Origin: Eledone cirrhosa
Lineage: Eukaryota
Length of the DNA stretch: 64,000 nt
NCBI GenBank assembly: GCA_964016885.1
Contig: OZ024740.1
Span: 244,404,001 to 244,468,000, forward strand
Direction: 5' to 3'
Of this stretch, positions 11,889 to 22,884 are shown piece by piece. Every line of letters begins with the position of its first letter. Within the stretch, counting starts at the first letter, position 1. The notes below the pieces were generated by a model. That model searched no databases. It saw only the letters and a list, made by a program, of their open reading frames with translations, and was not told the DNA's origin. A program made the position numbers and the translations under genes.

Positions 11889-12465
11889 TCTATATATCTA
11901 AAACATAGAATGTCTGTCTGTCTGTCAGCTCCCTAAAACTCGAGAACCACCCAACTTTACACATCTAATACTTATGGTCCTGTGAATGTTTTGAGTCAAA
12001 GAAATTTCAAATTTTCTATGTCCTAGGGACCACATTAGGCGATTTAGCGTTCACCCTCTATAATTCTTAGTCTTTCTTTTTAGATAGATACATAGATATA
12101 ACGTTGCACCCTTATAATATATGTCTGTATGTCTGCATTACGACATTATGATGCTGTGTGTGTGTGTGTATATATATAGTGTGTGTAACGTTTTTCGAAA
12201 TATTTACTTCTGCGTTCACAGATTGATTTTTTTAAGTTTCAGAAGATCTCGTTAAGGGTGAAAGCAGCGATTCTTTGCTTAAACTTTAATCTGTTATTTT
12301 AATATATATATATAATTATATATTTGTGTACAGATTTTTTGCATACACAATAACAAAATATAAACAAACGTATTTATTTCACGAGGCTCGATAAGGATAA
12401 ATATATATCAAATATATATAAGAACCCTAGAGCAAATCCCGAGCAACGCTGGGCCATTCTGCTAG
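11889..12465 (+). mobile_element. Non-autonomous Helitron (family B)
   Basis: TC start, cccgagcaacgctggg hairpin, CTAG end; A|T insertion without TSD, with an empty-site equivalent (ataatatctactaaa) in the neighbouring tandem unit at ~11735. Confidence 0.85.
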
Positions 12466-12562
12466 TATCTACTAAATTAAATTGTATACATAAACTAAGA
12501 TAAATTGTTTACAAAATTACTGATTAAAATTTTTTTTTTATTATATAGTTACATTATTACTT

Positions 12563-12755
12563 TAGCAGTATGGGTTGGCAGTATCGGTAGAGGGTCGGAC
12601 GCCATGCTTTCCAGCATAGTTACGTCCCTTTACGATCTGAGTTCAAATCCCGCCGAGGTTGACTTTGCCTTTCATCCTTACGGGGTCGATAAAATAAAGT
12701 ACCAGTAATGAACTGGTTAATTGCTGGCCTTGTGCCTAAAGTAGAAACAATTATT
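12563..12755 (+). mobile_element. tRNA-derived SINE family 1
   Basis: B-box gagttcaaatcc, central gcctttcatccttacggggtcgataaaataaagtaccag; flanking TSD attattactttagca. Confidence 0.88.
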
Positions 12756-13048
12756 ACTTTAGCATCTTCAAATATATTTTTTGGTATAGTATCAAATTTA
12801 ATCTAACATAAGTTATAAATAAATAGACTAACGGTCAATATTTGTTTTCGTTTTGAGTTTTTTTACTAATCCGATAACATCATACTCTTGACAATTCATA
12901 AGCGTCAATACCAAATGTAATATTTCTCCCACTCATATAATATCTTATGTGTTGAGGTTGTTTTTTCTAACTCATATGCTTGCCGGCTACGGATCTGAAT
13001 AGATCGTCTGGCCGCCTGCATATCAAATGATTTCTACATCCCCTGTGG

Positions 13049-13123
13049 ATTTCATCTGAAGAGAACTTGTTTTGGCTTATGTTATACATAAGTCATACAT
13101 CTTCAAAATACGTATAGTAAAAT
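13049..13123 (+). ncRNA. Type I hammerhead ribozyme in PLE pLTR (G12 mutated)
   Basis: atttcat-CTGAAGA-g...c-AAAA-t-ACGT-a-TA-gtaaaat; palindromic loop III; long stem II with cttatg/cataag. Confidence 0.7.
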
Positions 13124-13860
13124 AAATTGGGATGGACTATATGGACTATATATGCATATACAAATATGAAATTGGCAAAGTTGCTGGAGTATCATGTTAA
13201 AAATGCTTTCGTGTTTGTTCTGGCTAACTCCACTCTGATTTCAAATCCTACCGGGTTACCTTTCATCCTCAAATACTGTTGTTGATTCTCTCTCTTTCAC
13301 TGGTAAAAATCTGTGTTCTGGTCTAGAGGGGGTGGGTGGGATCCACAAGGGTTAAAATGCATAACATGCCATGTCTCAGGATAGCATCCCTATGACTCCA
13401 TCAAGAATTAAAGGCCCTTTACATTTACATGTGTGTGTATGTATGTATATGTATATATATATATGAAAAATAACACATTAAAGTTTAAGCAAAGAATCGC
13501 TGCTTTCACCCTTAACGGGATCTTCTGAAAACTAAAAAAGTCAATCTGTGAACACAGAAGTAAATATTTCAAAAAACGTTGCAACCGAAGGAAGACAGGA
13601 AGATGATACTTTGGTTCGTGGAAACGTTCCCTGGCAAAGAACAGAAAAAAACGAAGATAATACGTCATTATTTGGTGTGGTGAAAACAATTACACGCAAA
13701 AACAAAACCATGTTTATGGTATAAATGAAGTCGTAGACTAATATTCTATTAGGTGGTTCATGGAGAAGCTCTGAGAATTGAACTCACAACCTTTCGATTA
13801 TATATATATATGTGCGTGTGTGTTTATATATATATATATATATATATACATATATATATA

Positions 13861-14195
13861 AGAGGCACATTGCTTAGAGCATTGGCCTTGCAATCGAAAG
13901 GTTGTGAGTTCAATTCTCAGACGGTGATGTGTTGTTTCCTTGAGCAAGACACTTTATTTCACATTGCTCCAGTTTACTCAGCTGTAGAAATGAGATGATA
14001 GGGACTGGGGTCCATATCATTCCACTGCAAAGTGGTCGTGGAGGTGCCACGGCAAAAAAGCACCCACCACTCACTGTAAATGAGGTTGGTGTTAGGAAGG
14101 GCATCCAGCTGTAGAAATCAAGCCAGAATCAGTTCCCATCCCACCCTTGCAAGCAGGGAAAAAGCGGATGTAAAATGAAATGATGATGATGATGA
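13861..14195 (+). mobile_element. tRNA(Ala)-like CORE-type SINE family 2 with RTE tail
   Basis: tRNA-like head with ctTGCaa loop and B-box gagttcaattc; CORE-like ccttgagcaagacactt...cagctgtagaaatg; RTE 3' tail. Confidence 0.85.
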
Positions 14196-14850
14196 AATGA
14201 TGATTTTATATTTACAAATTTATGTCACTGTAAATTGTTTTATTAACTTACTTTCTAATTTTTATCTATTTATCAAACTATAATATATGATAATTTAAAT
14301 AAGGTTAATATTATATTTTGCCATTTAAAAAAAAAATGTTTATTTACGGCGAAATTTTCCTTAAAATTTTCCTTGAAATTAAATTAAGACAATATATATC
14401 CTTTTCTGTTCTATATTCATTTGTATATATGCACATACATATTTCATGATTGACTAATTTTATTTTTCATATCAATTTGCTAAATATTATATGTGACTGT
14501 AATAGGGTATTTTTGTGGTTGTATGGAAGCACGGAAGCACTACGTTTTATTATACTGCTTTTAAAACCGCTTATACTTACCCCCTGACATTGATTTTGGA
14601 TATACTCACTCTTTGCAAACTATTTTGTAATATGATATGAGTATCTATTATAATTATAACCTATTTTTGTAATTGTATTGATGCACCAAGTTTTATTATA
14701 CTGCTTTTAAATCTGCTTTTGATTATACCTTGTGGTTGCTTTTAGATATGCTAACTCTTTGCATGCTGTTTCTTGATATGATATGAGTCTAATCTGTAAT
14801 ATAAAGTTACTTTTTGCATGTTTTTATGTTGATGCTTATGGCAATATTTG

Positions 14851-14939
14851 TATTCCTGAAGATATGTAGACCAGCAAACTAATGCCCAATGTATATTGAG
14901 GTATGGCCAGCTGTTATACATTGTAATGTAAGTAGAGTA
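14851..14939 (+). ncRNA. Degenerate type I hammerhead ribozyme
   Basis: tattc-CTGAAGA-t-atgta..cagc...gctg..tacat-t-GTAA-t-gtaa-g-TA-gagta; preceded by a ~150-bp tandem repeat (14543-14835). Confidence 0.5.
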
Positions 14940-15146
14940 AAATTATGTTATAAGTCTAAATTGGTTATTCACTCTTAATTTATTATATGTGTGTGTGTGT
15001 GTTGAAATATCAAAATGATTTCATACAAATGAAACAGTTCTAGTCCTGTAGAAGTAATTTATTTATAAAATAAAAATGCTTCTTCTCTACTAATGTATTA
15101 AGTACGTTTCTGATCTCCTTTGTAAAATCATCCTCATTTATATATA

Positions 15147-15177
<31 letters not shown>

Positions 15178-15178
<1 letters not shown>

Positions 15179-15620
15179 ATCATGATCATTTTTACGTCCT
15201 TTTTTCCATACATGCATGGGTTGGATAGGTCCTTCTCAGCACAGCATCTCTCTACTGGTCGCATTCATTTGTCATCTCCTGTACCAGTTTTAGAAATTTG
15301 AGGTCAGCTCTTATAACCTATGCCCAGGTCTTTCTTGGTCTACTTCAAGTGTGACTTCTTTTCATTGGCATTTCCTGGCACTTCATGCAACGATCATTGT
15401 CCATGCGCATCACATGTCCATATCAACACAGTCTTCTCTCCTGTACACCAGCTCAGATTCCTCTTAAACCCCTCAACTCGTCCAAGCTCTGCCTTTATCT
15501 CACATTTACATTATACATCCAATGAAACATAGTTGCTTCATTTCTCTCCAGTCTATGCATATCCTCTGCAGTCAGAACCCACGTTTCACAACCATGCAGC
15601 ACTGCACTTCACACTCAGAT
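15178..15620 (-). mobile_element. Degenerate RTE LINE 3' fragment
   Basis: LHGCETW and YGHVMRMD remnants on the minus strand; RTE terminal motif. Confidence 0.75.
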
Positions 15621-15859
15621 GTAATATAGTAGCCTTGTAGTATTTGTCCATAACGCAGTAGAGATGACTGAGGAAGGAAGGAGTGATTATGTTGACTGAG
15701 AAAGGAGGGGCTGATTATGTCGACTGAGGAAGGAAGGGGTGGTAACATCGACTGAGGTAGGAAGGGTGTCTTTGTGTGTTTGTATCACTTGTGTGAGTAA
15801 GCAAGAAGAAACAACCAACCAACAAACATCTCTTTTTTATATTATGTATAGATATTACA
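15620..15859. mobile_element. Possible solo LTR
   Basis: TGTAATAT...ATATTACA 8-bp inverted ends; four internal ~28-bp gactgaggaagg repeats; no TSD seen. Confidence 0.4.
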
Positions 15860-16854
15860 ATTAGCCGTCATTTTTGACAGCACGGGCCAGCTAGAATATA
15901 TATACATTCATATACACATACATATATATATATATGTATACATATACACAGACATACATATATAACTGAATCAGACTGTAGTGATATGCCCAACCCATAC
16001 CAACATAGAAAGCAGAGATAAGATGTTGGTGTTGATGGAAGGTATAGTATTGTAGTGACCATGTCCATGACTTTAGTTACAGAGTGAGGTTGTCTTATAG
16101 AAATATAATCAAAGAGAACCAATTGGTTTATTCACTTGCAATTAACAGTCTGCAACAAACAATATCTCTCTAACATATGGCATCACTGCTAACACCACTT
16201 TAAAGAGACACAATAATGGAAAGTTGTCAAGCTAGACTAAACTCATCAATGTCATTATCTAGTTTTAATTCAGTTAAATTGTTGCCATGTTGATTGAAGT
16301 GGAATAAAACTTCTCGTACCAGCAGCACTTATATTGCTGCTATCTGTTCCATTGACGCAGATTAATAATAACCATCAATTTATCATCTGGTATCCTGATA
16401 ACTGAAGCAGAATAATATGCAATATCTTTTTTCTACCAAACCAAAAACCCATTAAACATTTGCCAACTTGTATTTTTCTATGTTACTTATTTATCAACTA
16501 GCATTGATGTTTACATAGATACATATCATCATTCTATTTACTCCAGTTCATGGCCCATGTAACTTACTCTCAAAACTACATCTGTTCTAACTTCACTCTC
16601 AAAGACTTAAGTCATTTATTTACATTATATTACCAAATTAAACACTTCAGTTAATAAATAAACACGGAGAAAGAGTTTTTTGGCAAGCAATCTTGTTAAT
16701 TTTATGTAAATTGTTTTCTACATAGGAAGTAGCAAATTATTTCACTGAGAAATTTATGACTATCATCATCATTATTTTACATAACCTAGCTGACTCCTCT
16801 CCAGTAATGTGTCCCTCGACTCATCTTTTTCCTTTTATATTTCCTTTGTGACAT

Positions 16855-16950
16855 TCAGCATTTTGAGAAAATGAGCCAGAAATTTAGCAGAAAAGCATCC
16901 CGAAGAACTTCATCAGAAAATTATTTTCTGTCATAACAATGCCGCTACCT
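16855..16950 (+). pseudogene. Small Hsmar2-like mariner transposase fragment
   Basis: SILRK*ARNLAEKHPEELHQKIIFCHNNA, homologous to the element at 19938-21070. Confidence 0.6.
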
Positions 16951-17093
16951 ATATATATATATACACATATTTATACATACATTTATAATCATCATTATCA
17001 TCGTTTTCGTGTCCACCTTTCCATGCTGACATGGGTTGGATGGGACTTTTTAAGACAACATTTTACAGGTGGATGCTCTTCATGTATATATAT

Positions 17094-17298
17094 ATATAAT
17101 TGAATATGCAAGAGAGATAAACACAGATATATACATATATGTGTTCAAATCATAAGGGACCAGTTTCGCTAGGGTGAAAAAAATACTAACTATGAACAAT
17201 AGGGTTTGCCAGACTCACCCTAGCAAATCTGGTCCCTTATGATTTGAACACATATATGTATATATCTGTGTTTATCTCTCTTTTATATTCAATTATAT
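17094..17298. repeat. Fold-back repeat (~84-bp arms), probable PLE inverted pLTR
   Basis: 17094-17177 is the reverse complement of 17215-17298; a related copy lies at 27738-27800. Confidence 0.85.
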
Positions 17299-17507
17299 TA
17301 CACAGCCCGGAAACATTTCTTTCCTTGAGCTATTTAATTGTAACAGACTATTTTGAGTTTCTAACTCATAAAATAAATATGGTTTTATAAATATAGTTTC
17401 CATTTATTAATATCATTGATATTATACTCCAGAAAATCTGTCGAGTGCTTCAAATCTGTTATAAATATATTTGTGGAATTACCAACAAATTAAATATGTC
17501 TTTGCTT

Positions 17508-19928
17508 ATCATCATCTCATCATCATCTTCGTTTAACATCCATTTTCCACGCTAGCATGGGTTAGACGGGAGTTGTCCCACTTGAGGCAAGGCTGGTCGG
17601 GTGACCGTGTCTCGCTCATAAAGGACTATCTGGCAGGTTTTCTACAGCTGGATGCCCTTCCTAACACCAACCACATTACAGCGTGGACTGTGTGTGTTTT
17701 TTGTCGTGATACCTACACGATCTCGATCTCATTTTCTCATGCTGTTGGTGGGAGTGGGAGGATAGGGTACGGGTAGTGGATTGGGGTGTATATTTGTAGG
17801 TTTCGCTTTGTACATAGGCAAGGCGGGTCTTCTGTATTACTGCATAGCGCCAAAGATCTCGGTCCAGAGACATTGTCTTAGAGAGATGTAAGTGTGTGAG
17901 GTTGGAATTTATCAGATCATCCCAGGTTTTTCTGGGTCTACCTGCTCCGTAACTACCATCAATTTTGATCGCCCTGCACTTTTTTATGCAGCTGTCATCT
18001 TTCATGCACATCACGTGACCATACAAACGTAGTCTTCTCTGTAAACAGCATCTGATTCCTCTTATTCCTAATTTCTCACTTAGTTCATTTATGCTTTGCC
18101 GTTAACGTATATTACTATTACACATCCAACGGAGCATGCATGCTTCGTTCCTTTCCAGTCTACGCAGGTCCTCTGCATGTAATGCCCATGTCTCACTGCC
18201 ATGTAGCATTGCTGTTTGTATACAGGCATCATACAATCTGCCTTTCATTTTTAGAGAGAAACCTTTTGTGGCCAACAGCAGTATAAGCTCTCTGAACTTT
18301 TTCCATCCCGTTCTGACTCTGGCTACTGTACTTTCAGAACACCCTCCACCACTGCTGATTTTGTCACCCAAGTAACGGAAAGTGTCTACTATTTCTATAG
18401 AACCATCTGGGCAATAGAAGGAGCTAGTATCCTTTGGACACTTGCTACTTATTGCACCTGAGCATTGGCCACATATAAAGTCTACGTTCTTAGATAGTTT
18501 ACCTGTGATCCCACTACATCTTTTATGTACCCATACTTTGCATTTGGGACATAAAATGGAATTTCTGCCTACTCCTTTCCTACACACTGAGCATGGCCAT
18601 TTCCCTGAAGGCACCTGTGCCCTATTTTCCTTTCTACAAACTAGAACTTTAGTCTTAGACAAGTTAACTTTAAGGCCTTTTGATTCTAGGCCATGCTTCC
18701 ATGTTTCAAATTTCTTCTCTAGTTCAGCCATTGATTCAGCTATGAGCGTTAGATCATCTGCGTATAGGAGTTCCTATGGGCAGCCAGTCTTGAACTCCTC
18801 TGTTATAGCCTAAAGGGCAATAATAAATAAGAGGGGGCTAAGGACAGAGCCTTGATGAACGCCAACTTTTACACTAAATTCTTCACAATATTCATTGTTA
18901 ATTCTAACCTTACTGACTGTTTCATTATACATAGCTTGTATAGCTCTCACAAGCCATTCATCTACACCTAGTTTTCTAAGAGCCCACCAGATAATGGAGC
19001 GGGGGACTCTGTCAACAGCTTTCTCCAGGTCTACAAAAGCTAAGTAGAGGGGTTTACTTTTAGCTAGGTACTTCTCTTGTAGTTGTCGTACAAGGAAAAG
19101 AGCGTCTGTGGTACTTTTACCTGACACAAACCCAAACTGCATTTCATCTAGATCAATTCGCTCTCTGATTAGTTGCGCTATAACTCTTTCTGTGACCTTC
19201 AAGTCCTGGTCAACTAACTTAATGCCTCTATAGTTTCCTCTATCTAGAGCATCCCCTTTACCCTTGTAGTAGTTAATGATGATGCTGCTATGCCAGTCTT
19301 TCGGTATGACCCCATTCTGTATTACTTGGTTAACTATACGGGTGACCATAGTGTGTCCCACCATACCAGATGCATTTACCATCTCAGCAACTATCTCCGA
19401 AGGCCCAGCTGCCTTGCCTGTCTTCATATCTTTGATTGCCTTACTTATTATACTACCTTTAACTTGCACTGCTGGTCCTTCTATTGGATCGATTTGGCGC
19501 AGACTATCTTTTTCCCATTTATTCTCCTCATTTAATAGTCTCTCGTAGTGACACTTCCAGGCTATCTTCTTATCAGTATCAGTGAGCGCAAGTACACCAT
19601 TATCATTACGGACACACTTCTCCGCGACAATATCATGGTTTTCCTTGACACATTGTCCAGCAATCCTGAACACCTCACGTTTTTGGTCCTCACGTTGTAG
19701 AACATGCTTGAACTTTCTATCCTCTGCTACCCTTTTTGCAAGGTACACTTGTCTCCTAGCTTCTCTCCTGGCTACTTGATAGTGCTCTCTACTTCCCCCA
19801 TCCTGCCATACTTTCCAAAGCCTGCTTTTTGGCCTTGATTGTCTCTTCCACCTTACTGTTCCATCACCAAGTTACTCTCCTCCTGCCAATAGGTCTGCTC
19901 CAGCCACAGATTTCATCCGTTGCTTTCA
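17508..19928 (-). mobile_element. RTE LINE (family B), 5'-truncated, with stops and frameshifts
   Basis: RT ORFs 18810..19748 (QFGFV, FVDLEKA, GVHQGSVLSP) and 18102..18731; YADDL; (CAT)n tail. Confidence 0.95.
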
Positions 19929-19937
19929 ACATATATA

Positions 19938-21070
19938 TATGAAGGGTATTTAAAAAGTTTGTGGAAAAATGGAATGAAGAGAAAACTATTTTATGTAAAA
20001 GCGTTATTTCTCCACATAAAGATCATCAACATCAAGGCACTTTTGTAAGCAATGATACCAGCCATTTATACCATCCTGATAGAAGTAAGGGTCCTGAGAA
20101 TTTAACTATGTCAAGCTAGCCATTTTTACATCATTAATTGTTTCTACTATTGGCACAAGGCCAGCAATTACCCAGTGCATTACTGGTACTTTATTTTATC
20201 GACCCCGTAAGGATGAAAGGCAAAGTTAACCTCAGCGGGATTTGAACTCAGAATGGCAAGGACCGTAACTCCATGCGCCAAATCATGGCGTCCGACCTTC
20301 TACCAATACTGCCAATCTACCGCCTTTTACATCATTAATGGTCTCAAATTGGGTACATTTTACAAAATAAGAAAAAATCAGAAGGGGCTAAATTGGGACT
20401 GTAGGGTGGATGTCTAATAATTACCCACCAAATTCCCCACAAGGTTCCCCTTGTTTGATGAGAGGAATAGGTAGAGGCATTGTCATAGTGGAAAATAACT
20501 CACTGAAGAAGTTTTCAAGGGTGCTTTTTCTGCTAAATTTCTGGGTAATTTTCTCAAAAGCTGATGTAATTGTTTTTCTTCCAAGAAGTCTAACAAAATT
20601 CCCACAGCATCCCAAGAGACTGTTGCCATAACCTTTCTTCCTGGATGGTTCACTCTTGCTTTGACCAGAATCTTTCCCCTTTTGAGTAACCATTGCTTTG
20701 ACTGAGTTTTATCTTCAGGGTCGTACTGGTAAAGCGATGTTTCATCTCGAGTTCCAATTCCCCACAGAAAGCCTTCTAGATTTTGATCCCATTTGCTTAA
20801 AATTTCTAAAGAAAGCTCTGCTTTTTTTGTTGTTGATCTAAGTACAACAGTCTTGGCAACCAGTGGACAGAAAGTTTGCTCAGCTTTAATCACTTAAAAT
20901 TGCGTGAACTGAACCAGCTAAGATTTCTAAGGTGTGAGTTATTCTTTCTCCTGTTAATCGTTGTCTCCATCAATTAAATCTTGAAAGCATCAATTTTTTT
21001 CTTCACAAACTGAAGTTGATGGCCTGCCGGTACAGTCATGATCTTCAAATCCAACTCATTCTTCTTTGAA
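19938..21070 (-). mobile_element. Mariner DNA transposon, Hsmar2/irritans-like, decayed
   Basis: DETSLYQYDPEDKTQSKQW, KVMATVSWDAVGILL, HPPYSPNLAPSDFF-like and LNSQDP...GWYH remnants; TIR-like gaagggtatttaaaaagtttgtggaaaa. Confidence 0.85.
20138..20324 (-). mobile_element. SINE family 1 inserted in the mariner
   Basis: Homologous to 12563-12755; TSD ttttacatcattaat on both sides. Confidence 0.88.
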
Positions 21071-22884
21071 ATAAGTTATCCATTTGTAATTTGTTAACTT
21101 GTTTGTGTGTGTGTGTGTATAAAGAAGTTGTTCAATAATACCAACAGGAACCACAAGCAATAATTCTTATATATCTCATGACATACTTCTGTCAAAAGCT
21201 ATATTTAAAAACCTTTCAATTGTTTTTTTTTTCCTTTTTGTTCTTTATTTTTTCATTTTAATGAGTTTTGAGAGAGATCTGACTGTTATTTCTAACAACA
21301 TAAAATCTACATTGATCAATGAATTTTTATTTTTGTTTGCATAAATGACTAAAAATAGAAGTCACATTGGCCCCCAGTGGATGTTTTTTTGTTCTTTTTC
21401 TTGTTACAAGTCAGGTATTTATTTCATCAATCCCTTTTTGCCAAAGTGATAGATTATGAAACATAAATAATGACAGATACAAACACACAGATATATATAT
21501 ATGCCGGTTCCAATACAAAATGCACCCAGTACACTCTGAAAAGTGATAGTGCTGCTGCCATGATAACATGTACTCAGAACACTCTGTAAAGTAGTAGTAC
21601 TGGTGATATGATAAAATACAACTAGTATATGCTGTAAACTGGTTGGCATTAGGAAGGGTACCCAGTTTTATAACCCATGCCAAAACAGAATGTATAAGAA
21701 TGTGCTTAGTCTAAGAATGTGATAATTAGTCCAAACCAGGTCAGCATGTAAATTGAACGTAAAATGATGATGATGATTAATATATATACATACCAAATTT
21801 CACTCATTGATCAACCCATGGCTATAGCAGAAGACACTTGCCCAAGGTGCTACACAATGGAACAGACCTAAAACCATGCTATTGCAAAACAAATTCCTTA
21901 ACCACAGAAGCATGCCTGCACCTGTCATTCCCATTTAATTTTTCTACTGTCTACATTTCAACATTCTGACATTAGCTCAACCTCCATACAACCAAAATGT
22001 TATGTAGTGCAAACAAAGCAATGCAATAAGGCTAGTTACAGCAAACAGCCATCACAATAATGGTGGTGGTAGCAGCAATGGCAGTGACATTGGTATTTTA
22101 AAGATAATATTACTAGTGGTGGTGATTTTAAAGCTATTATCTGGGAAAGTTTATGTCAACATCAAACCTGATGCCTATTCCAATTAAGAACTTGCTATTG
22201 GCCACCCATTTGTGTGAATGAACTACACTCTACTGTCTTCATATAACACTCTGTTTTCCTGACATATTTCACTATAAGTTTTCAACCTAATTTTGAAATC
22301 TGTCACACAGAAAACATATTTTATGTTCATATATATCATATCATCGATGTTTGTATAGAACTATTGCAAGTTTTCATATTGAAGTGAGCATTTGGAATTC
22401 TTCTTACTATTATTGTGTAGTTAATGAAAGTCATTTGTTACTTGTCATATTTAGGTAATGTCCACAGCTGATTTATTTCCAGCAAATTTTCAATCAAAAT
22501 ACTCATTCTTTGTCAGGGTTTTATCATCATCACCATCAGCATTTTTGCAGATGCTTTTCCATACTGGCAAGAGCAGGAGGAGGTTTCTTTTTATTTTCAT
22601 TTTATGTATTTATTTATTTTTCTAAGACAGTGTTCTATAGTCAGTGGCATCTCCCGATATCAATCCATACTTTATCATTGTGTATTCTATTCACAGATCA
22701 TTGAACTGCCAAGTTGCAAAACCTATTGTTTATGTGGGACATAAATAAACAGCCCCGCCTGTATGGTGTCATGAAGACATATAAGGAGACAGGTATATAT
22801 ATATATACATACACACTCACACAAGCATGCAAATGCACAGACATACATAAATATATAGAGAAGGAGGAGAGAGAAAAGAAATAA

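Larger units (their letters stand above)
10382..13125 (+). mobile_element. 5'-truncated Penelope-like element with inverted pLTR copy
   Basis: 10382-10702 is the reverse complement of 12790-13116; encloses a GIY-YIG remnant, ~158-bp 3' UTR tandem repeats (11600-11890) and later Helitron and SINE insertions. Confidence 0.85.

Noticed and set aside
12238-12280. cagaaga-tctc-gttaa-gggt-gaaa hammerhead-like string (also reversed at ~13500-13530)
   Set aside because: Core reads CAGAAGA in both copies, with no properly placed NUH triplet or stem I
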